Notes under the pieces: model-generated
What the model was told of the DNA's origin: nothing
Database searches by the model: none
The model's input: the letters and a program-made list of their open reading frames with translations, nothing else
Assembly: GCA_038087875.1 (NCBI GenBank)
Contig: CM075989.1
Location: 9,302,001 to 9,366,000, forward strand
DNA: 64,000 nucleotides
Reading direction: 5' to 3'
DNA from: Malacoraja senta
Taxonomy: Eukaryota
Shown: positions 51,076-64,000 of the stretch, piece by piece
Position numbering within the stretch: position 1 is the stretch's first letter
Layout: every line of letters starts with the position of its first letter
Position numbers and translations under genes: made by a program

Positions 51076-53095
51076 TCTTTTAACCATTGTGTTTGTGGAA
51101 GAAAATTTGTGCTGGAGCGCCTGTAAGGGTACATCCTGGATTCTAATACATTTGAAAAGATGATAACTTGAGAATTTAAGGACTTCATGGATAGAAGCAG
51201 TCGCATGCAATACTTTGCCAACAGTAGTGTGTGGGTATTCAGCAATTCTACCGTGCTGCTTTTGTCTTATATAGATAAGGCCTGTGTAGATAAGGTATGT
51301 AAAAGCCTTCTGGATATATGCTTAATCCTGAGTGTTGGGGCCTGTTAATGTAGGGAAGATTGGCCATTTCCTTATGGTGCTGCAAATGTGTTAAATCCTG
51401 ATAACGGAACAATATCAAGAATGGGGATGAGAATATTGTTGACCCACTGAGTTACTCCAGCACTTTGTCTTTTTTTAAAAACTGTATTTAAATGTTTGCT
51501 CTCTGCTGTACTTGTGGATTGATGTAGAATGGCAGACTGGTGCAGTTCCAAGACTTGAGAGTTTTATTACCTAATAACTAAATAGATTAAAAAATACTTG
51601 TTTTTATTGCACAGATTTTTGGTTCAGCCCTCCCCTTCTTTCCAAAAGAAGTTGTGAGGTTGTTTCTCTTGTTGAGAGGAAATAGATATACTTGTTTAGT
51701 GAAAAGTTGTTTCCATTGACAAATGATTCAAGAACCAGGAAATACAGTTTAAAAGTGAAGGACAAAGATACAGCGGAATGTGAGGAAAACACTCTTTACA
51801 TTGATATGGAGTCGGTTGAGGATTTCAAAACTGTCTTGGAAGGCACGAGGGAAAACACCTAAAGGGCTACAGGAAAACAGGACTGAAATGAGGTGCAGGC
51901 ATGGTTTTTTGTGGCAATTTCTCGTGTGGTAGCAATTCTGGTACTAATAGATTCAGCTGCGAAATATGTTGTGTAAATATTTGTATGGCAGATTCTGTTG
52001 GAGTAAGTTGGCCTCCAAATGATTTCATTCTTTTCATGACCCAAATCAAAGGTGACCTTTTTAGTGAGCTGCAATCCCTTATTAGTGATCTTCTCCATAG
52101 CATAAGGCTTGTAGTATTAAAAGTCCAGTAGTATTGAATGTCTATTAATAAAAGGGTAAGATTAAGTTGATTCCTTTTCAGTACAATGTGCAGTCTGCAT
52201 TGTCATTCATTGTAAGATCTTTCTCAGTTTTTGAGTAATTTAAGAGATTAATTGAATTTGTTCAGTTTCATTAAATGAGCAGTAATTATCTTTGTAGGCA
52301 TTTTGTTGGGAATTGGAGCATGTTACTTCATTCTGTTCAAACAATAACACTAAGTTGTTAAAATGACTTAGTGGAAACTAATACAAACCAGTTTCTCCTT
52401 TCTCCAGCCCCATCAAAATCAAATGTGCAGAAAGGAGATTTCTGTCATGCCCCACAACAATGCCAGCCATTCCATATTGGCTGTTAAGAGGTTTGCGATA
52501 GTATTTGCAAGGATTGCCACTCTCCTTTTGTGTTCCCAGCATTCAACATTCAAGGTCCCAGCTATTTCTCAATATGGGGCTAAATTACTGCCAGACATCT
52601 AACATCGCAATGACTGATTCCTCGTCGTACCTGTGTATATGGTAAACTCTACATGACTGACTCTTGAGTGTTAACTATTAAAGTAACCCTTTTGTTGTAA
52701 ATAATCAACCTGCAGTGGGTAAGCGATACTGACTGAATTGTTAGATATTTATTAGCAGTTGTTTATTTTTCAATAAACTATAGCAAAATAATTTGTAATT
52801 TACCGTCACAGCAAAGACTAAAACTATGTAGGTAATTTATAAAAAAGTGTTGTTACCATCCCTTGCATCCAGCACAGATCCCTAGTCTGTGAGCAATGTT
52901 CTTTGGCCTCCACAATGTCACCAGATAACTGGAGCATGTCAATGTCTCTGGGTATTGACTTATTTTTCTTTCTCCTCCTCTTGCGATGCAATTGTTCCCT
53001 CTGGATTTTTGCCCCCCAAAAACTCTTAGATTGCTGATACGTTTAATAGCTAAGTGCTTACCATAATGGTTTCGGCAAAATAAATGGTAAACCAT

Positions 53096-53298
53096 AGGTA
53101 GACAAAAGTGCTGGAGAAACTCAGCGGGTACAAAAGCATCTATGGAGCGAAGGAAATAGGCAATGTTTCGGGCCGAAAAGAAGGGTTTCGGCCCGAAACG
53201 TTGCCTATTTCCTTCGCTCCATAGATGCTGCTGCACCCGCTGACTTTCTCCAGGACTTTTGTCTACCTTTGATTTTCCAGCATCTGCAGTTCCTTCTT
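53096..53298. mobile_element. Inverted pair of PLE terminal repeats
   Basis: ggtagacaaaagtgctggagaaactcagcgggt... and ...acccgctgactttctccaggacttttgtctacc. Confidence 0.85.
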
Positions 53299-53429
53299 AC
53301 ACAAATGATAAACCATGATCTCTTCAGATGTTTGCGATATGTCCAGTACATGGCTGAAATGGAATGCAGAAATTGTATGCATATAAATATTGGCAGTTTA
53401 TTGCTTCCAAGTTGATGACTTCACTTGTG

Positions 53430-54890
53430 TTAAAGAAGGAACTGCAGATGCTGGAAAATCGAAGGTACACAAAAGTGCTGGAGAAACTCAGCGGGTGCAG
53501 CAGCATCTATGGAGCGAAGGAAATAGGCAACGTTTCGGGCCGAAACCCTTCTTCAGACTGATAGGGGGTGGGGAGAAGAAAGGAAAAAAGGCGGAGGAGG
53601 AGCCCGAGGGCTGGGGGAGGGGAGGAGACAACCAGAGGGCTGATGAAGGGGAGGGGACAGCAAGGGCTAGCAGAATTGGGAGAATTCAATGTTCAAGCCC
53701 CCAGGATGTAGACTGCCCAAGCGGAATATGAGGTGCATTTCCTCCAATTTCCGGTGTTGCTCGCTGTGGCCATGGAGGAGACCCAGGACAGAGAGGTCAG
53801 ATACGGAATGGGAGGGGGAGTTGAAGTGCTGAGCCACCGGGAGGTCAGGTTGGTTATTGCAGACGGACCGGAGGTGTTCGGCGAAACGATCGCCAAGCCT
53901 CCGCTTGGTCTTACCGATGTAGATCAGCTGGCATCTAGAGCAGTGGATGCAATAGATGAGGTTGGAGGAGATGAAGGTGAACCTCTGTCGCACCTGGAAC
54001 GACTGCTTAGGTCCTTGAATGGAGTCGAGGGGGGAGGTGAAGGGTCAAGTGTTGCATCTCTTGCGGTTGCAAGGGAAAGTACCCGGGGTGGGGGTGGTAC
54101 GGGAGGGAAGGGAAGAATTGACAAGGGAGTTACGGAGGGAGCGGTCTTTGCGGAAGGCAGACATGGGGGGAGATGGGAAGATGTGGCGAGTGGTGGGGTC
54201 ACGTTGGAGGTGGCGAAACTGACGGAGGATCACTTGTATGTGACGGCTGGTGGGGTGAAAGGTGAGGACTAGGGGGACTCTGCCCTTGTTGTGAGTGGGG
54301 GGATGGGGAGAGAGAGCAGTGTTGCGGGGTATGGCAGAGACCCTGGTGCGAGCCTCATCTATGGTGGAGGAGGGGAACCCCCGTTCCCTGAAAAATGAGG
54401 ACATTTCAGATGCCCTGGTGTGGAACGCCTCATCCTGGGAGCAGATGCGGCGTAGACGGAGGAATTGGGAGTGGGGGATGGAGTCCTTACAGGAAGCAGG
54501 GTGGGAAGAAGTGTAGTCCAGATAGCCATGGGAGTCGGTAGGTTTGTAGTGGATGTCGGTAAGAAGTCTATCACCTGCGATGGAGATAGTGAGGTCAAGG
54601 AATGGTAGGGAAGTGTCGGAAATGGTCCAGGTATATTTGAGTGCCGGATGGAAGTTGGTGGTGAAGCGGATGAAGTAAGTCAGTTGTGTGTGGGTGCAGG
54701 ATGTGGCACCAAAACAGTCATCGATGTAGCGGAGGTAGAGGTCGGGGATGGGGCCCTGGTACGCATTGAACAAGGATTGTTCTACGTACCCGACAAAAAG
54801 GCAGGCGTAGCTGGGGCCCATGCGTGTGCCCATAGCTACGCCTTGTATTTGGAGGAAATGGGAGGAGTCAAATGAGAAGTTATTGAGGGT
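53430..54890 (-). mobile_element. Penelope-like element (Neptune-like), 5'-truncated: RT, Cys linker, GIY-YIG, terminal repeat
   Basis: QIQGVAMGTRMGPSYACLF, YLRYIDDCF, PCNRKRCNT*, NLIYCIHC...IYIGKTKRRLGDRFAEH; the two ORFs are in one frame, separated by a single stop at 54045-54047. Confidence 0.93.
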
Positions 54891-55399
54891 AGTTTCCCTC
54901 AATGCATGTCAAAATGAGTTTCCCTTGGAATGCATGTCAAAATGAGTTTCTTCCAACATTACTTAACTAACAATTCTAATGCATAGTGCAGGAGTCACTC
55001 AAAAATTTAAAGATATATAGTGGTTATGTATTCTGGCTAATTCAGTTGCCTAACACTAATGTAAATATTGACCTGCAATTTGAGAATTTCAGATACTGCT
55101 CACCAAATGTGTAATTTTAGAAAAATAATGTTTTAAACAAAAAAAGTGACTTTTTGTTGGATTTCTAACAATTAATCCAAGTTTTTTTTAAACTAAAAAC
55201 ATAGGATGAGATTTTAAAAAGAGAACCATGAAATATAAAGATCATACCTGCTTATATTTTAAGTGTCATCCTCTTGGTTAACATGTTTCCAAGGCTCTAA
55301 AGTAATATTGTGAATTGATTGTATATATCACTGGAAAATTCTTGCTAGCTTGCCTGGGGATTTGAGGAAAACTTATCCCAGCAATGATACCTACCTAGG

Positions 55400-56010
55400 A
55401 AAAAAAACAGCGCTGGAGTGACTCAGCACTTCAGGCAGTATCTCTGGAGGACATGGATAGTGACGTTTTGGGTCGGGATCCTACTTCAATCTGAGGAAGA
55501 CTCCTGACCCAAAAAGTCGGAAAAGGGGAGAATTCAATGTCCATACCATCGTGTTGTAAGCTACACACAAAATGCTGGAGTAACTCGGCGGGTGAGGCAG
55601 CATCTCTGGAGAGAAGGAATGGGCGACGTTTCGGGTCGAAACCTTCTTCAGACTGATGTCAGGGGAGGGAGAGGGACACGTATATAGAATGTAGTCGGAG
55701 ACAGTAAGACTCGTGGAGAACTGGGAAGGGGATAAAGAGAGAAAGCAAGGGCTATCTGAAGTTAGAGAAGTTAATGTTCAAATCACTGGGATGTAAACTA
55801 CCCAAGCGAAATATGAGCTACCACATGTGATAGGAGGTGCAGGTCCTCCAGTTTTCCTGTGACCTCATTCTGGCAATGGAGGTGACCCAGGACAAAGCTC
55901 AGTATGGGACTGGGAAGAGGAGTTTGAATAGTTGGCAACCTGGAGATCCAGTAGGCCTTGACGGACTGGGCGCAAGTGTTCAGCGAAATGGTCGCCGTGT
56001 CTATGCTTAT
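55400..56010 (-). mobile_element. PLE fragments and terminal repeats
   Basis: Parallels 53460-53910. Confidence 0.75.
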
Positions 56011-58189
56011 TTCAGCCATTTATCCAGAAATGCTTCGAGGGTGTTGTTGCCAGATTGAGGTTACACATTTTTGACAGCTCAACATGAACCTGGTTTTCAC
56101 TGTCCAACCACGTGTACTTTGTCAGGTACAATAGTGCCAGCAACAGTACCTCATAATTCTCTCAAAGTCCAACTGTGTTGCTGCTGTTTTATCTTTCCCA
56201 TGTAGGCCGATGATAATTGTTTTTACCCTTTTCATTCAGTTTTTAAACAAATAATTCAAATATACATGGGGTACAATTACCATAATACTTGGAAGGTAGG
56301 TGGCAGATAAGTTCAAGAAAATTGTTTTGTGTTTCTTTCTTAATGGCAATTTATTTTGTTGTGAATGTGGTAAGATGAAGAGGTGAGATTCAACTCACAT
56401 TATATATCAGTGTTCAGATCTCTGAAGCTAAAAGAAAATACACCATGTCCAGTAGGTTATCTCATGTTGGATAAAATGTTTTGACAGTTTATATATATAT
56501 CTGTTTATATATAAAAAGGAACAGTACATTTCTTACTTGAGTAAACACAAATTATGTTCCATTTTGAAGTAATACATGAGAGGAAAGTTTTTGTTTAAAG
56601 ATAGAAATCTACTTGTAATTCAATAAGCAGTAAAAATGAAACTGGGTTGACTGAAATTACTACTTGCAACAAATTCCAGTTGACATCCAGTCACAACAGA
56701 TGATGTAATATGTTTGAAAGACATTTGATTTCATCCATTCAAAGTACTTTACTGTGTGGAAGATGAAAGTTGCTGCTGTCCATTTTTAGTTTGTTTTATT
56801 GTCACATGTACAGGGTTACAGTGAAATGCTTGTTTTGCATGCTATCCAGTCAAATCATACTATATATGAGTACAATAGATCCTCTTCTTGAACAGTGTTA
56901 AGAGAGTCACTACATTCTGGTGCCATCTTGCAAATCCCAAGTCTTTGAAAAGTCCGATTTTAGCCCAAGGACATGTGCGATTTTTTTGTTTTCTTACTCT
57001 AAGAAATGGAATTGTATTTATTAAAATAGTTTGTGAATCTAAATGTGCAGCAAAACAAAATTTTGTGTGAAGCTGATCTTTGAAAAAAAAATGCCCACAA
57101 GTCTCCTGTGTGGTGGGTTTTAGACAAATTTGCTGCGTGGTGAAGGCAGCAGTGAGTAAGGTCTACCATTCCTGAAGGAAAGAATAATCAGTTTTTTTCT
57201 GGATATCTTGCAAATGCTGACTCTTGCAAAGGGCTGAAATTTGGAATTATTCAATAGATCTGCAGCAGGAATGATTAGCGTAGAGAGGAATTGAACCTGT
57301 AAATGTTTTTTCCTGAATTTCTTATTGGACTCTTAAAGTGACAACTTTGTAAATATGAAGACAAGCTATGGACTCCCTCAAGGTGGAAATATTGTCTATG
57401 CTATAAAACGCTTTCATAGATTTAATGGCTTCTGGTCATCCTGATTTTTTTTTCTCTTCTGCCCTCGTAAAGAGACAACATTCAGCTTATTCTTTTCCAT
57501 GCACTAATTCAGATGTTTGAGATGTTATGACTTGCCCGTGTGCAACGAAGGCAAGGATATTCAAGGACCAGTAGACTTCTCATAAAATGTGGTCTGGATC
57601 TAAGACTTCCCGGAAATGTATAGAATCATTAACCTCACATTTTTATTTTGAGCACTTGGTGAAATAGCAACAGAAAAATTAATGGAATGGTGACTGTGAT
57701 TACAGAAAGTGTTTTTATTATGATTTCATTTACAAATGTTGAAGATAGTTTTGGTTTCAACTTTAATCCTCAGGTACGCGTGTAGTGTATTGCAGCTCCT
57801 GTACCCCAGGGTGTACTTAGTTTTGGTATGGAGGTGAACGTGCCCAAATGTCTGAGTCCAGCTTCACACCAGTGGGAAGCCTGATAGGAGGTGATGTGCA
57901 TCAATGCATGGAGAAAGATTGAAAAGTACCGGGGTGATCACCGAGCTTTGCTTGTCATCAGTCTGTACTGTGTTCCAATCAGTGTTCCAATCTCCTGTTC
58001 TGAATGTAGCAATTTTGATATTCTATGTGTATCAGTTGTCTATTACGATGAAATGTCCTATGTGCTTATATCATTGCTTCTGGGCTACTTGAGCAGCTAT
58101 TCAATCCAAGCTTTACCTATCAACAGTAATCTGTCCTTCAGTCCTTGCTATTTAAGTATTGTTATAAATATTCACTGACCAAAAAGCTT

Positions 58190-58950
58190 CAATATATATA
58201 TAGGAGGAGATTTTAGTAATTTGGATTTAATTATTGGGTTACAGTTGTGATGATACCAAAGTTAGTGTTCTGATTCGCTGTGATGAAGAAAATTGTAAGT
58301 TACCAGAAGGTATCAACAAATGAAAGTGATGAATGGAATTCAATTCACGAGGTGGACAAACAGAACTAAGGAATACTTCATTAGTATAGAAGCAAATGGA
58401 GAGCACATGTTCCTAGATCCCTGATGATACATGACAGGTAAATAAGGTAGTTACGCAGCATTTGAGATGCTTTTTGGCCGAGGCATATAGTACAAGTACA
58501 GGAAAATGATGCTAAACCGAATGAAATGCTGATTGTGCCAAAGCTAAAGTTTTGGTCAAGTAGTACAGGAAAGATGAGATGGGATTAGAGAAAGTGCAGA
58601 AGAAATAAGGCTACAAGCAGGTCTAAAAAGTTTGAGAAAGGCTAGCTGCGAGAGATTTAAAATGTCAAAGTGATTGTTCTATTCACTAAATACTCTTTTT
58701 GCTCAGCAGGCAGGTCAGTATTTGGGCAGAGTTAAGCTAATAAATCATAAGGTTAGAGGAAGGGTTGAAACTGTTTCTCCCCAAATTTGGAATATATTGC
58801 CTGATTGGATGTTGTGGATACCAAACCAGATTTTTTTAAATATGAAAAAAACTTGGATCAACTTGGACTGGGAAGTGGGTCAGAAGCTTTTTTCTGAATG
58901 ACAATGACATGATTTAGCTGATAGGCCATCTCGCTATGCTGTAGATATAT
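58190..58950 (+). mobile_element. Ancient CR1 remnant
   Basis: gaatggaattcaat, ggattagagaaagtgcagaaga, degenerate tail. Confidence 0.5.
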
Positions 58951-59920
58951 GTATGATTTCTACTTACATTTGATTAGTATTTTGGGGCAATTATATTTTT
59001 CAATAGATTTCATGAAATAAAAATCAATATGTGGAAAATGGATTGTCACATCAGTTATTGAAAATAATGACGGTGGAATATTTGGTCCACAGAGGGGAGT
59101 ACTTTGTCCTTTTTTTTGTAAATCAGCATCTGCAGTTCCTTGTTTGTACTTGTGTAGGAAGGAAATGTTCTGACACCATGATACGAAGTTCAGTCTCTTT
59201 CCTGTACTTCATCTCATCATAAAGTACCTTGACCAAGATCAAACATCAGTTATTGGGCATGCTTTAAGGCTACACCATTCCACAATTGGGGACATTCATA
59301 AAATAAATGGATTCTGGAACATGTAAAGAAATCATTGTTAATTAAACAGAGGACTGGTATTGCAAAATTGGAAAACTCTTAATGATTTGGATCAAAGCCA
59401 AAAGCAACGTCAGGCATTTTTAGACTAATGTTGATACAGCAATAGGTTAAAAGCCTTTTTGATGACTTAAAGGCAGGTGAAAGAAAGATGTGAAGACGTG
59501 GCTAGCTGTGGATAGTTCATGTTACTTAATATAAATGTAATTGGTAAGATAATGAATTTCCTAGTGTTTTAGTTGATCGTGCAGGGAGGAGGAGAGAATA
59601 ACATAGTTAAACAAATATTTAGTATTGAGTGCATTATTTCAGGGGAAAATGTTCTAAATCCAAGTCCTAACAATGTACATTGCTGAGGAAGAAAGGTCAA
59701 TTTCATGCTTTAAAGCTGTGAAAGATAAGCTGATATTGTTGGTAATACCTACTATGATTGTTGGCCAAAACCTTTCTAGTTTACAATACAATGAGCTCAA
59801 GGGACATCAAGGACATGAACAAAGCTTAATTTCCTTTATCTAGAATGTCATTCCAAAAAACGAGTAATCCCTGTAAAATTTTATTTGAATTTTATTAAAA
59901 GGGTACTAAAGTATCAGAAT

Positions 59921-60252
59921 GAAGAACGGCAGAAATTACCCAAATACAGGTGTGCCAAGCTTGTAGCGTCATACCCAAGAAGACTTGAGGCTGTAATCGC
60001 TGCCAAAGGTGCCTCAACAAAGTACTGAGTAAAGGGTCTGAATACTTATGTAAATGTGATATTTCAGTTATTTCTTTTTAATTACTTTGCAAACATTTCT
60101 AAAAATGCCTGTTTTTGCTTTTTTATGATCGGGTATTGTGTGTAGATTGATGATGAGAAAATGAATTTAATCCATTTTAGAATTAGAATAAGGCGGTAAC
60201 GTAACAAAATGTGGAAAAAGTGAAGGGGTCTGAATACATTCTGAATGCAATG
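59921..60252 (+). mobile_element. Tc1 transposon 3' end (transposase C-terminus and IR/DR-type terminal repeat)
   Basis: EERQKLPKYRCAKLVASYPRRLEAVIAAKGASTKY* (59921-60028); direct repeat gggtctgaatac at 60034 and 60226; ends ...gcaatg followed by TA. Confidence 0.9.
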
Positions 60253-62307
60253 TAGTTTGGATTTTAAAAGACTGCCTATTTGTTTATACTGGCATCAAAT
60301 AATTACCTTCATGGTTACCTTGCAGTTGTTTTTTTAGGAAATGAAAGACAGAAGTAGGGTGGTTGTTATATTTGTTGCTCTCCTTCCAGAGAAAATTAAA
60401 TTTAGCCAGACTATACAAGAGGAAGAATAAACTATGTACATTTGCAGAAGAAGCAGTCGATCTACATTGCTTGAATTTTTTTAAAATCTTTGTTCACTAT
60501 CATAATGGCAACTAATTGTTATTGCCCAATCTAAACTTAACCACTATAAACTTGTACATTTCTATTATTTAAATTTGATTTATTGACTTGTATAGTATAG
60601 ATTACTTCCTCTTGGCATTATCTCTTGTTTTGAAGTAGATATTCTTTATGAACTTTGGCAGGTAATTTTGGATTAATGAACAACAGTGGTCGTTATGGTG
60701 CCTGAGGTAAATTTTGTCCTTTGTATAATGTATACTACAAATACAAGCATTACATCTGTAGTAAATGCCCCAAGTAATTCCACCATCACTCTCTGAACTA
60801 AAATCTAAGATGGAATACAACTAATAACTAACTATGCTTTATATCTCAATAGTGCCTCTTCATCAAACATTAGTGATTGCAGCTGTGTAGGGCCACTCTG
60901 AATCTCAGTTGAACTATTCTGATAATTTCTTCAAATTCTGATAATTGTTCTTTCGAAAGATAATTAAACTATTATATTGTTTATCACTGAATGATGATTC
61001 AGCTTGACTTTCAGAAAATGTGCTTGATTTCATAATAAATCAACTTGTCTGAAGATGTCTTGACCCGAATCGTCATCTATCCATGTTCTCCAGAGGTGCT
61101 GCCTGACCTGCTGAGTTACTCCAGGACTTTGTGTCCCTTTTCTTGATTTCATATGTTCTTTGAACTACTTTGAGCAAGCTTGCTCTCGCAAGTATTCTTC
61201 TGAATTTTAGGTTGCTTGATTTCTGGCAGCATAAATACGAGGTTGGGTTATAATGATTTATAATTGCAATGGCACAAACCAGGTAATTCAGCATTAACCT
61301 GACCTCAAGTCTCCTTAATGCTACAGAATCTATCTATTGTTAATTAAATCCAAAAAATTCAGCATTTGGCGGAATTGTGTTTTTATAACGGGTGTGACTG
61401 GAAAGACAACTTGTAGGCTAGACAGGAAATGTTCACCAGATGTATTATTCTCTTAATTATCCATTATCAATAGTTGTAAGTATCTTGTTAAGTGCAATGC
61501 GTACGTTGATTTGAAAATATTGTCTGACAAAGACGAGAGCTTTTCCATTTTACAAAGATAGTACCTATTCTTTTTCTCATTTCAGTCAATCTAATTGAGT
61601 TGCAGAGTACAGGAACAACAGCACTATGGAACTTAATGCTATGTGTAGGAAAGAACTGCAGATGCTGGCTTAAATCGAAGGTAGACACAAAATGCTGGAG
61701 TAACTCAGCGGACAGGCAGCATCACTGGAGAGAAGGATTAGGCAATGTTTTGGGTTGAGACCCTTCAGTTGCTATAATTTATAATGCTATATTTGTTACA
61801 GAAAAGTTAAAGGTTTATAAGATGTTTTCAAGAGATTTTGTAAAGATTAATGCAAAGAACTAGCTGTCTAAAAATTGGTAATGGCAATATGCACTTGCTT
61901 GATTATTTGGTATTTCTTTGAATTTTTTTCCATGTGATTCAGGATCGACTTCCATGCAAACAAAATAGGCTTGATAGTGTTAGAACAATTTTTGTGTCTA
62001 ACACTCTTGTAGAGATTGGGTAACGTTTGGTTTGAATCTGTAGGTTGTTACCGCACTTTTTTCTAAGCCATTGTGCCAACACTTTTGGTGTTTAAGATGT
62101 GGGCAGGCTGCCATTTTAAACATTCTATAATTACACTGCTATTAATTAAAAAAATCACCCAGATGAGGTTGATGCATATTTATCTTTTAGAAAAAGTAGG
62201 TACTACATGAATAATATTAGTCTTTTGAGTAGTTTATTGTAATATCTCTATTTTCAGACTTTTTTGAGTACCTATCATTTTTTCCTAAAATACTGTCCTA
62301 TTATGTA

Positions 62308-62580
62308 ATAATAATAATAATAATAATACATTTTATTTATGGGCGCCTTATACCAAAGTCTCAAGGACACCTTACAGAGTTTAACAAGTAAGAAACATAA
62401 TCGGAGTAAAATAAATTATAAAGACATCACCAATACACAAATTAAAGACAGAATTCGATCCAAAGACACAAAAAAAAAAAAAAATCAGAAACACAATGTG
62501 AAGAGAGAGCAGCGGCAGCTAAACCGTGCCAGCGTCCACTCTCCCTTCCGACCGCCATCTTGGACACAGACTAAAATAGA
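62308..62580 (-). mobile_element. Short non-autonomous element with L2-like tail
   Basis: Minus strand begins near CCAAGATGGCGG and ends tgtaaggtgtccttgag...aaggcgcccataaataaaatg followed by (tat)n. Confidence 0.55.
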
Positions 62581-62689
62581 CACTACATACAAGACAGGGC
62601 AGCATTGGATGGTTACTCTGATCCCGATTGTGCTCATTAACAGCATGGATATGTTTTCATAACGACTCATTAGATTACCATTCTTTTCC

Positions 62690-63332
62690 TAATTCACTTG
62701 GACCATCTCTGCTATCTCCCTACCGTTTCTTGAACTCACCATCTCCATCATAGGAGACAAACTATCAACTGACATATATTATAAACCCGCTGACTCCCAT
62801 AGTTATCTAGACTATACTTCTTCCCACCCTGTTTCCTGTAAAGGCTCTATCCCCTACTCCCAATTCCTCCATCTACGCCTCATCTGTGCCCAAGATGAGG
62901 TGTTCCATATCAGGTCATCGGAGATGTCCTCATTCTTTAGGGAACGGGGGTTCCCCTCTTCCATTATAGATGAGGCACTCACTATTGCCTCCTCAATATC
63001 CCGCAGCACAGCTCTTGCTCCACCATCTCCCCCCCCCCATTCGTAACAGGGACAGAGTCCCCCCCGTTCCGTCCCCACTCTCCTCTGTCCTCACCTCCCA
63101 TCCCATCAGTCGTCGCATACAGCACATAAGCCTCCAACGGGATCCCACTACTGGCCACATCTTCCCATCTCCACCCCTTTCCGCTTTCCGCAGAGACCGT
63201 TCCCTCCACAACTCCCTGGTCAACTTGTCCCTTCCCACCCAAACCACCCCCTCCCCAGGTACTTTCCCCTGCAACCGCAGGAGATGCAACACCTATCCCT
63301 ATATCTTCCCCCTCGTCTCCGTCTAAGGACCC
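62690..63332 (+). mobile_element. Penelope-like element RT fragment
   Basis: Reverse-complement parallel of 54010-54640 (TDIYYKP, YLDYTSSHP, FPCNRRRCNT). Confidence 0.85.
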
Positions 63333-63382
63333 TGCTCCTTCTCGACCTCAGCGCAGCATTTGATACTGTCGACCACACCATC
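63333..63382 (+). mobile_element. Short L2-clade RT fragment
   Basis: Translates LLLLDLSAAFDTVDHT. Confidence 0.6.
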
Positions 63383-63763
63383 TATATTGTGCAGGGAGAG
63401 GTAATTGGAACAAGGGCGTTGACGGGCTGATTGCTTCATTTCCGGTGAGTTCAGAGGTGGCGCTGATTGCGTCATTTCCAGTGAGTGCGGCCCGGGCTGT
63501 CGCCGAGGGAGGAAGGACGGAGCCGCGGCTCGAGAGGCTAACAGAGGCCAAGAGGTCTGCCACGCACTGCAAGGGAGCAGTGGACCAGACAGGAAGAGCG
63601 GACGGAATTACTACTTGACAGCCAAACCAGTAGGTAATTTACGGCTGGGGTGAGTACTTTCCCATTTATAGGAGGTAGGATTATATAAATAAGGGGTGTA
63701 TCAATAGGAGGTAGGATTATATAAGGGGATTCTTAAATGGGACCAGTTATTTACTTATATAAG

Positions 63764-64000
63764 ATGGGCGGCCAGGAGATGTGCCAATACTGTGAGATGT
63801 GGGAATTTGTCGACACCATTGATGTAGATGGTGTGGATGATCCCTACAGCTGCAGTAAGTGTTTGAGGCTAGCGGAACTCGAGCTCCGCATTGAGGAGCT
63901 GGAGACCCAACTTCATACGCTGCGGTACATCAGGGAGGGGGAGTATTACCTGGATGTTTTGTACCAGGGGATGGTCACACCGACTAGTTTAACTAATTCA
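63764..64000 (+). CDS. CR1 ORF1 N-terminus (zinc finger plus leucine zipper), open to the window end; 5' UTR ~63390-63763
   Basis: MGGQEMCQYCEMWEF...YSCSKCLRLAELELRIEELETQLHTLRYIREGEYYLDVLYQGMVTP. Confidence 0.82.
   Translation, partial: MGGQEMCQYCEMWEFVDTIDVDGVDDPYSCSKCLRLAELELRIEELETQLHTLRYIREGEYYLDVLYQGMVTPTSLTNS

Noticed and set aside
49282..51245. Five ~600-aa Pro/Ser- or Gly/Glu/Arg-rich ORFs
   Set aside because: Artefacts of a C/T-only repeat that cannot contain stop codons
54891..54950. Tandem duplication aatgcatgtcaaaatgagtttc next to the PLE 5' junction
   Set aside because: Local duplication with no matching copy at the other PLE end; not a TSD

Overview
Eukaryotic genomic DNA, most likely a cartilaginous fish (skate/ray-like; inferred from HE1-type V-SINEs and the CR1/Penelope-rich repeat landscape). 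One host gene is visible. A CpG-island promoter at ~4.6-5.3 kb contains the 24-nt first coding exon of PIAS1 (MADSAELK, then gtaatt). The rest of the window (>59 kb) appears to be intron 1, since the exon-2 peptide is not in the ORF track. The intron is packed with transposon relics: CR1, Rex1/Babar, L1/Tx1, RTE, Vingi/Ingi, Penelope-like elements, V-SINEs, hAT and Harbinger MITEs, Tc1 and a rearranged Gypsy element, plus a 1.7-kb polypyrimidine array. Three observations stand out. (1) A TIR-bounded DNA element at 46924-48089 has captured the C-terminal part of a ZFP36/TTP-family gene, including the CNOT1-binding motif. (2) A 123-bp TSD-flanked mini-retroelement at 43755-43877 consists of an HDV-like ribozyme fold joined to a Vingi 3' tail, and a coding relative lies at 25285-26009. 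(3) A Gypsy insertion has a PBS extended to 31 nt of tRNA-Leu copy, fused directly into RT. All calls were made by eye; boundaries of degenerate repeats are approximate.
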